Source of the DNA: Halobacteriovoraceae bacterium
GTDB taxonomy: Bacteria > Bdellovibrionota > Bacteriovoracia > Bacteriovoracales > Bacteriovoracaceae
Length of the DNA stretch: 64,000 nucleotides
Reading direction: 5' to 3'
Assembly: GCA_963719505.1 (NCBI GenBank)
Contig: CAVRCF010000001.1
Location: 896,001 to 960,000, forward strand
Shown here: positions 10,394 to 20,936 of the stretch, piece after piece
How the letters are laid out: the number at the start of each line of letters is the position of its first letter
Position numbering within the stretch: the first letter of the stretch is position 1
Notes under the pieces: generated by a model
What the model was told of the DNA's origin: nothing
What the model saw: the letters and a program-made list of their open reading frames with translations, nothing else
Database searches by the model: none
Made by a program: the position numbers and the translations under genes

Positions 10394-11527
10394 ATGTCTA
10401 ATTCTCAATGTCTCATTATTGCTGGAGAGAAGTCAGGGGAAGATCACGCTATGACTTTTTTTCCTGAGCTGAAATCGCTCGTTCCAAACACTCAGTTTTT
10501 TGGAGTGGGGGGAGATAAATTGCAAAAACAAGGCGTTGAGCTCCTTTACCACACCAGAGACTTTTCAAGTGTTGGTATTACCGAAGTGGTGGGAAAGCTT
10601 AGATTTTATTTTAAAGCATTAGATCTTATTGTTAATGAAGTAAAAAAAAGAAAGTGTAAGACCGCTATATTGGTTGATTTCCAAGGATTTAATTTAAAGC
10701 TCGCAAAAAAATTAAAGAAAATGAACGTTGATGTTCTTTATTATGTTGCTCCTCAAGCATGGGTTTGGAAGCCTTGGAGAGCGAAAGCTATTGAAAAAAA
10801 TGTCCATACGTTATTTACAATTCTTCCTTTTGAAAAGAAATGGTTTCAGGATAGAGGTGTCAAGAAAATCAAAGGGGTTATTCACCCTTTAAAGGTTGAG
10901 TATGGAGAAGCCATCTCATTAATACGCAAAAGAGAATTTTCAGACTTTCAAAATAGGAATATAAGACTTCTTCTCTTGCCAGGAAGTCGACGCTCTGAGA
11001 TAGAGAGTCTCTTTCCTATTTTTATTGAAGCGGTAAAGCTTCTCAAAGAAGAAGGCTTTAGTCTTGATATTGGTCTTGTAAAAGTTGAAACTGTGGATGA
11101 GAATCTCTACCAATCTGGACAAACGTCCCTTTCTAAAACTTGGGACTCCCATCAATTGGAAGAAGCTTTTGACTGGGCGGATATTTGTTTTGCTTCTAGT
11201 GGAACTGTAACATTAGCGACGGGTCTATTTCAATTACCCACTGTCGTGGCTTACAAAATATCTTTGATAAACGAATTTCTTTTAAAATTACTTATTCCTT
11301 ATAAAGGTCCTGCGAGTCTTACTAATATTATTTTAGACGAAATGGTCTTCCCTGAAGCTCTTCAGTACCAAGCAGATAGGTACAACTTAGCAAAGTTTGC
11401 TAGAGAACTCTTAACGAATGAACAGTACTATAATTCTACGATACAAAAACTATCTCAAACAAATGAGCTGATAAGTGGTGATGATTTTTCTACCCCAGAG
11501 TACATGGCAAAGGTGATTTTAAAGTGA
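10394..11527 (+). CDS. lpxB: Lipid-A-disaccharide synthase
   Basis: AGEKSGE, YYVAPQAWVW, ILPFEK, LLPGSRRSEI, SGTVTL. Confidence 0.95.
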   Translation: MSNSQCLIIAGEKSGEDHAMTFFPELKSLVPNTQFFGVGGDKLQKQGVELLYHTRDFSSVGITEVVGKLRFYFKALDLIVNEVKKRKCKTAILVDFQGFNLKLAKKLKKMNVDVLYYVAPQAWVWKPWRAKAIEKNVHTLFTILPFEKKWFQDRGVKKIKGVIHPLKVEYGEAISLIRKREFSDFQNRNIRLLLLPGSRRSEIESLFPIFIEAVKLLKEEGFSLDIGLVKVETVDENLYQSGQTSLSKTWDSHQLEEAFDWADICFASSGTVTLATGLFQLPTVVAYKISLINEFLLKLLIPYKGPASLTNIILDEMVFPEALQYQADRYNLAKFARELLTNEQYYNSTIQKLSQTNELISGDDFSTPEYMAKVILK

Positions 11528-12591
11528 GCACGATAAGATCCAAAATTTTAAAAACGACACTCTTGAAGCCACTATCGACTCTTTGGGAAAATGTATACCG
11601 AATGAGACGCTCGTTTTATGAATATGGAATATTGAAAAAGGAATATTTTAAGGTTCCTATTATTTCTGTCGGTAATATTACTTTCGGCGGTACGGGTAAA
11701 ACTCCAATGATTGTTTATTTAACTCAGAAAATGGCTGAGCTTGATTTAACTCCTGTTGTTTTAACCAGAGGATACAAAGGCGAACTTGAAAATGAATCCG
11801 GTATCATAAAGGGCGGTCAACGATTTAGATCTAACCCAAAAGAATTTGGAGACGAGCCTCTTCTTATCTCTAGAAAAATGGACCGAGGTGCTGTTATCGT
11901 TGGGAAGAGAAGAGCGCAGAACCTCAAGCGATATTTCCATGAAGTGTCGCCAGATGTCGTTTTCTTGGACGATGGGTTTCAGCATATTCAGCTGTATCGA
12001 TCATTTAATATTGTTCTTTTCGATGCGGCCCTTCCACTTGATCGCTATAAAACTGCACCGATGGGGTATCTCAGAGAGGGCCTAACGGCTTTGAAAGATG
12101 CTGATGCTATTGTGTTAAGTAGGGCTGATCAAGTCACAAGCGAGAAAATGGGCGAACTTCTCTCTCTTCTCAAGAGTTATCACAGAGAGGGAATACCCAT
12201 CGCTAAGTTTGGTTATAAGCCAGATGGACTTTTCGACAGTTTTGATAAAAAAGTATTCGCTATGGATGAGCTGCAAGGAAGAGAAGTTATAGCTTTGAGT
12301 GCTATTGCTTCGCCGGATTCTTTTTATCAGTTATTAGAAAGCCATGGTGCCTCTATAGTGGAAAAAATTGTCTACCCTGATCACTATCTTTTTACTCAAA
12401 ATGATATGAATGATGTTCTTTTGAAAAGTGCTCAAAGAAATGCTCTCGTTGTTACCAGTGAAAAGGACATGGTTAAAGTGCGACGAGTAATCCAAGACGA
12501 TAGGATCGTCTATGTTAATATATCAGTCTCTTTTGTTTCAGGAGAGGAAGAGCTTATGAATGGATTAAGACAAGTTATTCATCTTGATTAA
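11524..12591 (+). CDS. lpxK: Tetraacyldisaccharide 4'-kinase
   Basis: SVGNITFGGTGKTP, GDEP, LDDGFQH, PDHY, SEKD. Confidence 0.95.
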   Translation: MSTIRSKILKTTLLKPLSTLWENVYRMRRSFYEYGILKKEYFKVPIISVGNITFGGTGKTPMIVYLTQKMAELDLTPVVLTRGYKGELENESGIIKGGQRFRSNPKEFGDEPLLISRKMDRGAVIVGKRRAQNLKRYFHEVSPDVVFLDDGFQHIQLYRSFNIVLFDAALPLDRYKTAPMGYLREGLTALKDADAIVLSRADQVTSEKMGELLSLLKSYHREGIPIAKFGYKPDGLFDSFDKKVFAMDELQGREVIALSAIASPDSFYQLLESHGASIVEKIVYPDHYLFTQNDMNDVLLKSAQRNALVVTSEKDMVKVRRVIQDDRIVYVNISVSFVSGEEELMNGLRQVIHLD

Positions 12592-12639
12592 GATTATAAT
12601 TGGCTTACAATAAGACAATATTTTTATTAAGGCGAATCT

Positions 12640-13701
12640 ATGAAACAAAACGTTTTTACTCTGGTATCTACTCTTTTACTTCTTTCAAGTTGTTCGAGTT
12701 CCATCAGTGATTATTTTAAGAAAAAAGAAAATTCGAAAGTAAGAAATGAAGAATTAATAAAGTCTTTTGAAGGTGAAGAAGAAGTTCTAGAGAAGTTTAC
12801 AGAAAAGGAAATACCTCCAGTCGTCGAGAAGGTAGAAAAGAAACCAAAGAAAGATGTAAAGAAAATCTCTCAAAAGAAAACTCCTGTAAAGACGGTGGTC
12901 AAAGTTGTTCCTAAAAAAGTTGTTATAAAGAAATCGAAGTACCCAAAAGATCATCCTCCCGAACTTATTGCTATAGACAAGTTGACTCGTAAGTTTTGGA
13001 CATCATTTAAGCCGACTCTTTTTGTGGGTGAACAAGTTATTATGGATATCAATTACATGGGAGTGAGCACAGGAAAAATTGCAATTACAACAATGCCTTC
13101 AAAAGAGATTGGAGGAATTGATACCTATCACTTTCATGCCAGAGCAAAAACTTCTTCATACTACTCATACCTTTATGAACTCGACGATAATGTCGATTCC
13201 TATGTCGATAAAAGTAGTTTTACTCCTGTAAAGTTTAGTTTAATACAAAGAGAGTCAGGGCAAAACATAGATGATCTTCAGTTATTCGATAAAGACAAAC
13301 TGAAAAGTTATATCTTTTATAAAAGAGATAGAGACGGTAAAATTAAAAAGAAAAAAGAAGTCGAACCTACTCCTATGCGATTTCAAGATGCCTTCTCCAT
13401 TCTTTTTTTCCTGAGAGGACTCCCCTATAACAGTCAAGAAATTTATACTGTTCCAATGATGAATAAAGGAAAGGTTCTTCTTTTACAAGCCAAGTCCGGT
13501 GGAATTGAAGAAATTGACACAGAGATCGGAAAGATGAAAGCGATAAAAGTTATCGCATCGACTCAGTACTCGGGTGACACTCTTAAAAGTGGAGATATGA
13601 CTTTTTGGTTTTCAGCCGACGATAAAAGAATATTTTTAAAATTTGCAGCTAAAATAAAGATAGGTTCTATCAGCGGCGAAATCGAAAAATATGAGAGATA
13701 G
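12640..13701 (+). CDS. DUF3108-like lipoprotein
   Basis: Lipobox LLSSC, Lys-rich linker, beta-rich C-terminal domain (QDAFSILFFLR, TFWFSADDKRI). Confidence 0.7.
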   Translation: MKQNVFTLVSTLLLLSSCSSSISDYFKKKENSKVRNEELIKSFEGEEEVLEKFTEKEIPPVVEKVEKKPKKDVKKISQKKTPVKTVVKVVPKKVVIKKSKYPKDHPPELIAIDKLTRKFWTSFKPTLFVGEQVIMDINYMGVSTGKIAITTMPSKEIGGIDTYHFHARAKTSSYYSYLYELDDNVDSYVDKSSFTPVKFSLIQRESGQNIDDLQLFDKDKLKSYIFYKRDRDGKIKKKKEVEPTPMRFQDAFSILFFLRGLPYNSQEIYTVPMMNKGKVLLLQAKSGGIEEIDTEIGKMKAIKVIASTQYSGDTLKSGDMTFWFSADDKRIFLKFAAKIKIGSISGEIEKYER

Positions 13702-14815
13702 AGTTACCTCCAAAAACTTAAAAATTCTTATTGTCTGTCCCAGTCAAAGTTTTACTTCTGTTGATCAAAAAGCAATTTCTGATGCGCTCTATCTCCGAGA
13801 TATTGGGGGAAATCCAACTCTGTACTGTTTAAAAGATTCTTTTATTGAAAGGGAGGCAGAGAGTCTGTCTTTAACTCGAATTTTGTTTAGAGGTGTTAAG
13901 TCGCCAAGGCTCCTTCACATTAGTTATTTTTTAGATATTAGAAAAGTCTTAAAAGAAGATGACTGGGATGTTGTCCACTGTTATCACAGGTCATCTCTTT
14001 GGTCGTTATGTCTTTGGCTTTTTTATAAATCGAAGACAGCCTTGTTCTTTAGTTTTAATGAATTTTTCACAAGAAGCGCACCAGTTTTCTGGGCACCCTT
14101 TTTGCTAAAAAGAGTTGATGGCGTTTTTACATTTGGAGAGACTGTTTCTCAGAAGTTTCATCAACACTTTCAATACCCGTTAAGGAAAATTTTCAACACC
14201 GGTTCTGGCGTTGAACTGGGAATGCCTATCAATCAAAGACTTGAGCACTTTACAATTGGAGCCTTTCTCAACGACGAAAGTGAAATTGATAACTATAGAA
14301 CCTTATTGTTTTCTCTATCAGGGATAAAAGAGTCACTGACAGAGAGCGAGATTCGAATCAATATAAAAACCTTTAAGCCTATCAAGGATTTTTATCTTTA
14401 TAGTGAGGTTAAAAAGTACTCAGACTCCTTAGGGCTGACTGATAGCATTAACTATATCGATTGCTCCAATGATCAGTTCTTTCGTTCTATAAACTTTTTT
14501 GTCTCCTTCGCCTTTCATGAACCGGTGAACTGTCATGAGATAAAAGCGTTAAAGACTGGGTTAAAGGTCGTTGCGCCGCGCACCGCATTTCGGGCAGAAA
14601 TGTGTGAGTGCTCAAACATCAAAGCACTAGAGACCTACTATTTTCAAGATGCTAGGGCCTTCAAAGAAGCCGTTTTAAAGCTTGTTGAGGATCAAACTGA
14701 ACAAGAGGTGCAATTTGAGCAAAATCAAGAGTTGGAGGCCTACATCGATATTATTCATTCCCAATATGAGTTAGCTTTTGAAGCCCGTGGTAGACTTGGT
14801 GCCATAAGATCCTAA
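13691..14815 (+). CDS. Divergent GT-B glycosyltransferase-like protein
   Basis: KILIV start, DVVHCY, degenerate EP..EIKALKTGLKVV motif. Confidence 0.55.
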   Translation: MRDRVTSKNLKILIVCPSQSFTSVDQKAISDALYLRDIGGNPTLYCLKDSFIEREAESLSLTRILFRGVKSPRLLHISYFLDIRKVLKEDDWDVVHCYHRSSLWSLCLWLFYKSKTALFFSFNEFFTRSAPVFWAPFLLKRVDGVFTFGETVSQKFHQHFQYPLRKIFNTGSGVELGMPINQRLEHFTIGAFLNDESEIDNYRTLLFSLSGIKESLTESEIRINIKTFKPIKDFYLYSEVKKYSDSLGLTDSINYIDCSNDQFFRSINFFVSFAFHEPVNCHEIKALKTGLKVVAPRTAFRAEMCECSNIKALETYYFQDARAFKEAVLKLVEDQTEQEVQFEQNQELEAYIDIIHSQYELAFEARGRLGAIRS

Positions 14816-14840
14816 AACCCTAATTAACCGGTCGTTTTCA

Positions 14841-14869
14841 TTGACTAAATTGGCTTTAGAGCTTATAAA
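14841..14869 (+). promoter_or_regulatory. Sigma70-type promoter of rpsA
   Basis: TTGACT-17 nt-TATAAA. Confidence 0.6.
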
Positions 14870-14948
14870 GTCACATCTTTAAAATTGTATTTTACAAGGT
14901 TTAAAGACTTCGTTTTTAACGAAGCTATTAAAATTTAAGGTGGTCACT

Positions 14949-16670
14949 ATGACAACTATGCAAATCCCCGCGTGGGCAAAAGAATTTGAGGTTGTAACAG
15001 CAGCAGAAGCTGAAACAACAAATGTAAACGAAGAGTTTGAGGCTCTTTTAGGTAAAGCTACAACTGGTAACTTTATTGAAGGTGAAGTTTATAAAGGAAA
15101 AGTAATTTTTGTTACTGATGACTTTGTAACTGTTGACATCGGATATAAGCAAGAAGGTTTAGTTTTCGCAAAAGAATTTAGAAACTATGACGGTACTTTA
15201 AAAGTAGCTGTTGATGATGAAATTGAAGTTTATCTTGAAAAACTTGAGTCTCATCTTGGTAACTTAGTTCTCTCTAAAGACAAAGCAGAAATACTTAAAG
15301 CTTGGGATAAAATCTCTGAAGCTTGTGATAAAGGTGATCCGGTTAAAGGAACAGTTATCGCTAAAGTTAAGGGTGGTTTATCAGTAGATATCGGTGTTAA
15401 GGCTTTCTTACCTGGTTCACAAATTGATATTCGTCCAACTAAAAATCTTGATAAATTCATTGGTAAAAACATGGAATTCAAAGTTATTAAGTTTAACAAG
15501 AAACGTGGAAACATCGTTCTTTCTAGAAGAGCAATTCTTCAAGAAGAAAGAGGGAAGTTAAGAGACGAGACACTAGGTCAAATCCAAGAGGGTATGATTG
15601 TTAAAGGTATCGTTAAAAATATCACTGACTACGGTGCATTTATTGACCTTGGTGGTGTTGATGGTCTTCTTCACATTACAGATATGTCATGGGGAAGAGT
15701 TAAGCATCCATCTAACCTTCTAGCTGTTGGTGATGAGATTGATGTTAAGATCCTTAAGTATGACTCTTCGAAAGAAAGAGTTTCTCTAGGTCTTAAGCAA
15801 GTTCAACCAAACCCTTGGGAAACTGCGAAAGATAACTACACTGCAGGAACAAAAGTTTCTGGAGAAATCGTTTCAGTTAAAGACTATGGAATTTTCGTTG
15901 AACTTAATGATGGAATCGAAGGTCTTGTTCACGTTTCTGAAGTTTCATGGACAAACCCTAAGGGACCAATCAAAGGTCACAATGTAGGTGATACTATTGA
16001 AGCACAAGTTCTTGAAGTAGATGTTGAGAACAAGAGAATCTCTCTTGGACTTAAGCAACTTCTAGATAACCCTTGGAAAGCTCTTTCAGAAAAATACCCA
16101 GTAGGTAAAGAAGTTGAAGGAACTGTTAAAGCGATCGTTGACTTTGGTGTATTCGTTGATCTTGGAGATGATATTGACGCTTTAATTCACGTTTCTGATA
16201 TTTCTTGGACAAGAAAAAACATTAATCCAAATGATGAATTTAAAGTTGGGGACAAAGTAAAAGCAGTTGTTTTAACTGTTGACTCTGAAACTTCTAAATT
16301 CTGTTTAGGTATTAAGCAACTTGACGAAGATCCTTGGAAGAAAATTGACCAAAGACTACCAGTTGGTATGTTGTTGAAGGTGAAGTTGTAAGAGTAACTG
16401 ACTTTGGTGCTTTTGTTGAACTTGAAACTGGTATTGAAGGTCTAATCCACATCTCTGAACTATAGTGACGAGAGAGTTGAGAAGCCGGAAGATGTAGTTA
16501 AAGTTGGAGAAAAAGTTAAAGCTCTAGTTATGTCTATCGATAAAGCTGATAAGAAAATTGCTCTATCTAAAAAGAATGCAGCTAACGCTGACCTTGGTGG
16601 ATACAGTAAAGAAGAATCTGGAAGTACTTCTGCTCTAGCAGAAAAGCTGAAAGGTTTCTCAGTAGACTAA
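14949..16670 (+). CDS. rpsA: 30S ribosomal protein S1; two apparent indels near 16370 and 16460
   Basis: Tandem S1 repeats ([22 protein letters not shown]). The sixth repeat continues in shifted frames ([41 protein letters not shown]...) to TAA at 16668-16670. Confidence 0.95.
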
Positions 16671-16694
16671 AATTAATAAATTTAGATACTTAAG

Positions 16695-16724
16695 AAGGGC
16701 TCTCCAATTGGAGGGCCTTTTTTT
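16695..16724 (+). terminator. Rho-independent terminator after rpsA
   Basis: AGGGCTCTCC-AATT-GGAGGGCCT hairpin followed by a T-run. Confidence 0.85.
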
Positions 16725-16806
16725 GGTCTTTTTTACAATAAACCTCAGAATTGTTGTTGTCGAAAGCAAATACGAGTAAAACCTCCAAAAAACAATGGAG
16801 GAATTT

Positions 16807-17340
16807 ATGAAATCGAAAATAATGAATTTTGCTGTCGCACTATCAATTCTTTTTATGAGTCAGCTTATCACTTCAAAGAAATCAGAAGCAGCAATTGGTC
16901 TATTGATGGGCAAGAAAACAGCTGTTACGGTTGGTGGTATCTCAACAGGTACAGTAGCTGTCTCTTTAGTTCTCACTCAGGCAGGTGCTTTTACTTTTTC
17001 TTTGGGCGGAGCTGTTCTTTATGCATTGGGAGTTTACGTTTTTGGAGGTCTTGGACTAATTATCTTGGATGATGATAAGCTGGCTGATATTGAATTTCAA
17101 AAAGTGAAAGGCGATGAGCTGAATGACAAATTTGATAGTGAGGCGATTGCTATCTATAATGATGAGATTGAACAATTGAATGCAATAAGAAAAACAATGC
17201 AGTCGGAACTAACAGATGATTCATCTCTGGAAGAATCAAAAAATTTATGGAGTCAATACAGTAGTTACCTTAGCCCAGAGACAATAGAAATCGCTGGTGA
17301 AATGGCCGATAGGTTTGTTTCTAGAATTAGAGTAAAATAG
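16807..17340 (+). CDS. Secreted hypothetical protein with Gly-rich hydrophobic hairpin (paralog of 19831-20379)
   Basis: GAGG RBS, signal peptide ending SEA-A, Gly-rich hydrophobic segment, acidic helical C-terminus. Confidence 0.8.
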   Translation: MKSKIMNFAVALSILFMSQLITSKKSEAAIGLLMGKKTAVTVGGISTGTVAVSLVLTQAGAFTFSLGGAVLYALGVYVFGGLGLIILDDDKLADIEFQKVKGDELNDKFDSEAIAIYNDEIEQLNAIRKTMQSELTDDSSLEESKNLWSQYSSYLSPETIEIAGEMADRFVSRIRVK

Positions 17341-17452
17341 TTTTATATCAAAAATGGCCGGTTTCATTTTGGAACCGGTAAATTTCCCTCTAATATGACA
17401 TTCCATATTGTGATAGAGTAAAAGCATATAGATTCTAAATTTTGAGGTATAT

Positions 17453-18799
17453 ATGACTAAATTACTTGCACTTATTTCTATGACCCTTTTCTCTCTATCC
17501 GCCTTGGCCAATTTGCATCTCGCGCCACCGAGTTTTGATTACAAAGATGGCAAAGCTGTCTTCATGGACATTACCGAGGGCACTTATGACATTAAATACT
17601 TCCCTTCAAAGTTGAGTTCGAGTGTGAAAACAACATGGAAAGTTAATCTTGCACAAGAGGGCTATCCACTTTTTGATTTTGTTCCTTCAAGAATTGGAAT
17701 AAAAGTAAATGGTCAGTGGGCGAGATTTTCAAGTGTTGATTCTCCTGATGGGGTTACGAGTTACAGAGTTATAAATACTAAGCTAAAAGCTGGAAGTCAT
17801 ACGATTGAACTTTACACAAAAGTGAAAAGAGGAACAACTTACGGTTACAAATCTGTTAACTCTGGCTTCTTCATAAAAGATCTTTCAGAGAAAAAGTTTT
17901 TAGAAAAATATGTACCAGCAAATCTTGAGTACGATCAGTATCCAATCACTTTCAACGTCAAAATCTATTCGAGCTATAAGCACAAAGTTATCGCCAACGG
18001 CTCTATAGTAGAGACAGGTTGGAACGCTTATACTGTAAAATATCCAAGTTGGTATTCTTCTTCATCTGTATACTTCCATACATTCAAAAAAGGTAAGTAT
18101 TGGTGGATCTATAAAGAGTTTAAATCAATCTCTGGAGAGACTATTCCTGTCACGATTTATACAAAATGGTTTTTAAATGCAGATAAGTTTTTAGCAAAAA
18201 CTCAAAAAGTTTTCCATGAACTTGAAGCTGATTATGGAGCCTATCCCCATAAACATCTTATTATCTATGGTATGGCGTTGAGAGGTGGAATGGAATATCC
18301 AGGAGCCACAGCGACAAGTTTGGTTTCACTAGGCCATGAGATGTTTCATTTTTATTTTGCAAAATCAGTTATTCCAGCAAATGGGAATTCAGGCTGGATG
18401 GATGAAGGGTTAGCTTCTTGGAGAGACAAAGGATACCAAACTTTAAATGCACCTACTCATGGAGCTTTTAACTTAGGAAATCATTCACTATACAAAAGAA
18501 ACACAGACGATAATTCATACAAAGTTGGAAGAGGATTCTTCGCCTTTTTAAACTCAAAAGTTAATCTTAAAGCTTTGCTAAGGGATTATTTTTCAGAGTA
18601 TAAAAACTCACTTGTAACAACTGATAGCATGATCAACTTCTTTGAGGGACAAACAGGTCAATCTTTAAGAGGTGATTTCGATCAATATGTTTTAAACTCT
18701 AGTTTTTCCTCAAAAAGAGCAAACTATGTTGAAAAAGAAGCGGATGAAAATCTCCATCATATCGACTACACCCAAGAGGAACTAGACGAAATTTTATAG
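17453..18799 (+). CDS. Secreted M1/gluzincin-family metallopeptidase
   Basis: Signal peptide, GGMEY, HEMFH followed by WMDEGLA. Confidence 0.88.
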   Translation: MTKLLALISMTLFSLSALANLHLAPPSFDYKDGKAVFMDITEGTYDIKYFPSKLSSSVKTTWKVNLAQEGYPLFDFVPSRIGIKVNGQWARFSSVDSPDGVTSYRVINTKLKAGSHTIELYTKVKRGTTYGYKSVNSGFFIKDLSEKKFLEKYVPANLEYDQYPITFNVKIYSSYKHKVIANGSIVETGWNAYTVKYPSWYSSSSVYFHTFKKGKYWWIYKEFKSISGETIPVTIYTKWFLNADKFLAKTQKVFHELEADYGAYPHKHLIIYGMALRGGMEYPGATATSLVSLGHEMFHFYFAKSVIPANGNSGWMDEGLASWRDKGYQTLNAPTHGAFNLGNHSLYKRNTDDNSYKVGRGFFAFLNSKVNLKALLRDYFSEYKNSLVTTDSMINFFEGQTGQSLRGDFDQYVLNSSFSSKRANYVEKEADENLHHIDYTQEELDEIL

Positions 18800-18892
18800 T
18801 CTAAGTCGTTGTTTTTTCATGAGCTTGTCTGTATAAATTGCACAAGCTCTCTTTAAAATTGATCAAAATTCTAAAAACGCTATCATGCGACC

Positions 18893-19819
18893 ATGTTAAA
18901 AATTGCCTTTCTTTTTATGACAATTTTCATGAGTGCAAGTTACGGCGGAGATCTCGTCTTTCTTACTTCATTGCCCAAAGAACAACTTAAGACGACGCTC
19001 AAGCTCAATAAAATAATTCAAAAGAAGCTCAGTAAGATTAAAGATCATAAAATAGTTATTATTAATAATTCTGATCAAGAAACCTTGTACAAGTATTTAA
19101 ATTCTCCAAAAACGATTTCATTGGTTTGGTTAGGGCACGGTGCTTTTAAAGCACAGCCTGACAATCAAGCTCTTCGCGCGCAAGCCATACTCCTTGATTA
19201 TAAGAGGGACAATATTGCCAAAGTCTTTCAGCGAGTTCATCCCAATATTAAATTTCTATCGATTGTAGGGTGCAACTCGTCTCAAATTGTTGAACCTTAT
19301 ATATTAAAGGGTCAGTTTGTTGACTCTTATATTCCCGATCGAAAAGTGATAGCGACTTGGGCTCTGAGAAAAGCTATTAGGAAATTAAAGAGAAGCTTAT
19401 CTAAAATTTCAGAAAATTTTCTTTCTGAAGATATTGTTAATCATGGATATCCGCTTGAGGTCGTTAGAGAAATTACAACTGACACAATGAAGTCGGTAAG
19501 GCTTATTGTTGGAGGTTCTTTAGTTGGCATACTCCCGCGAGGGATAAAAGGTGACATACAGAGAAAGGTTTTCTATATCCAAGCAAAGAAAAACATGAAG
19601 CGTAGCGAATTAAAAGTCATAGTAGAGTCTGGTCAATCAGCTTTCGACACAGAAGATAATTTTGGAAATATTAATTTATCTATAAATCATTTAAATCTTT
19701 GGACGCTTTTTAGTAAAGCTAACGGAGAGCCCTTTGGAACCAATGAGAGAATATTCTTATTTAATTCCGAAATCATAAATATTGGAGAGGCACAAGACTA
19801 TGCCCTCTACTCTTACTAA
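18893..19819 (+). CDS. Secreted hypothetical protein
   Basis: Signal peptide; WLGHG and IVGC motifs loosely resemble a caspase/CHAT-like His-Cys dyad. Confidence 0.7.
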   Translation: MLKIAFLFMTIFMSASYGGDLVFLTSLPKEQLKTTLKLNKIIQKKLSKIKDHKIVIINNSDQETLYKYLNSPKTISLVWLGHGAFKAQPDNQALRAQAILLDYKRDNIAKVFQRVHPNIKFLSIVGCNSSQIVEPYILKGQFVDSYIPDRKVIATWALRKAIRKLKRSLSKISENFLSEDIVNHGYPLEVVREITTDTMKSVRLIVGGSLVGILPRGIKGDIQRKVFYIQAKKNMKRSELKVIVESGQSAFDTEDNFGNINLSINHLNLWTLFSKANGEPFGTNERIFLFNSEIINIGEAQDYALYSY

Positions 19820-19830
19820 GGAGAGACTAC

Positions 19831-20379
19831 ATGAAAAATAAATTTTTATCACTGTTTATGGCTTTTTCTATTTTCTTTATGGCCCAAAACTTTATCGCAC
19901 CAAAGGCCGAAGCTGCAGTCGGTTTGATTATAAAACATCAAACTGCGACAACAGTTGGGGGAATTGCAGCGGCTGGAAGTGCTGGTGTCTTGGGAGGAGC
20001 AATTTTACTAGGACAGTTAGGTGTTGTTAACTACAGCTTAGGTGGCGTTATCCTTTTATTATTTGGAACCGCTTTCGTGGCTGCTGTAGGGCTTATTGTT
20101 CTTGATGACAAGACAGTCGCAGATATGGATTTTGTTAGGTTGAATAACAAAAATAATATATCCGATTTTGATCACTATACTGTTGAAGTTTACAACTCAG
20201 AAATTAATGAGTTAAACGCTATTAGAAAAACAATTCAAAGTGAGCTATCAGAAAAAAGTACTGTAGAAGAGTCGAGAGATAAGTGGAATGAGTATAAAGA
20301 GTTCTTAAGTTTAGAAACTATTGAAGTCGCTGAATTTATGGCCCAAAATCTTGCTAAAGATTTTAAAATAAAAAAATAA
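19831..20379 (+). CDS. Secreted hypothetical protein with Gly-rich hydrophobic hairpin (paralog of 16807-17340)
   Basis: Shared motifs EAA.GL, TVGGI, SLGG, GLI.LDD, YN.EI..LNAIRKT.QSEL, LS.ETIE.A. Confidence 0.8.
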   Translation: MKNKFLSLFMAFSIFFMAQNFIAPKAEAAVGLIIKHQTATTVGGIAAAGSAGVLGGAILLGQLGVVNYSLGGVILLLFGTAFVAAVGLIVLDDKTVADMDFVRLNNKNNISDFDHYTVEVYNSEINELNAIRKTIQSELSEKSTVEESRDKWNEYKEFLSLETIEVAEFMAQNLAKDFKIKK

Positions 20380-20416
20380 ATTGTTTAATAAGTTCTTATT
20401 CAGTTAGAATCCTCTA

Positions 20417-20929
20417 ATGAATAAGAACTTACTTAAAGCTATCGATTTCCTGATCAAAAGATCAGAATCAAAATCAGGAATTCTTACTATTGAAAAACTT
20501 TTCAAAATAGGAATTCCTTTCAATAAACCCCACGGAATATCTTTTAAAAAGCTCAGCTCCTTCGAAAGTGTCATGACAATGAAAAATAAAAGAGGCAATC
20601 ACAATCACTTGGGAGGAATCCACGCTTGTGCCATTGCAACTGTTGGAGAGTTCTCAGCTGGAATTTTGCTTTGCAAAAACTTTGAGATGAATTCTTTCAG
20701 AGTCATTATGAAAGAGATAAGTGTTACTTACTCGTCTCAAGCAAGAAAAGATATCATCTCAACGGCAACAATTGACGCGTCAGTCGTCGAGGATCTAAAG
20801 AAAAGAATTGTTCTTGATGCACAGGCAGATGTCGATTTAGTGTCTGAAATAAAAGATATAACAGGTAAAAATATTGCGCTTGTTAAAACCAGCTGGCAGT
20901 TAAAGTCATGGAAAGAGGTAAGAAATTAA
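20417..20929 (+). CDS. Hotdog-fold thioesterase (PaaI/DUF4442-like)
   Basis: NHNHLGGIHACAIATVGE motif. Confidence 0.8.
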   Translation: MNKNLLKAIDFLIKRSESKSGILTIEKLFKIGIPFNKPHGISFKKLSSFESVMTMKNKRGNHNHLGGIHACAIATVGEFSAGILLCKNFEMNSFRVIMKEISVTYSSQARKDIISTATIDASVVEDLKKRIVLDAQADVDLVSEIKDITGKNIALVKTSWQLKSWKEVRN

Positions 20930-20936
20930 ATTACTA

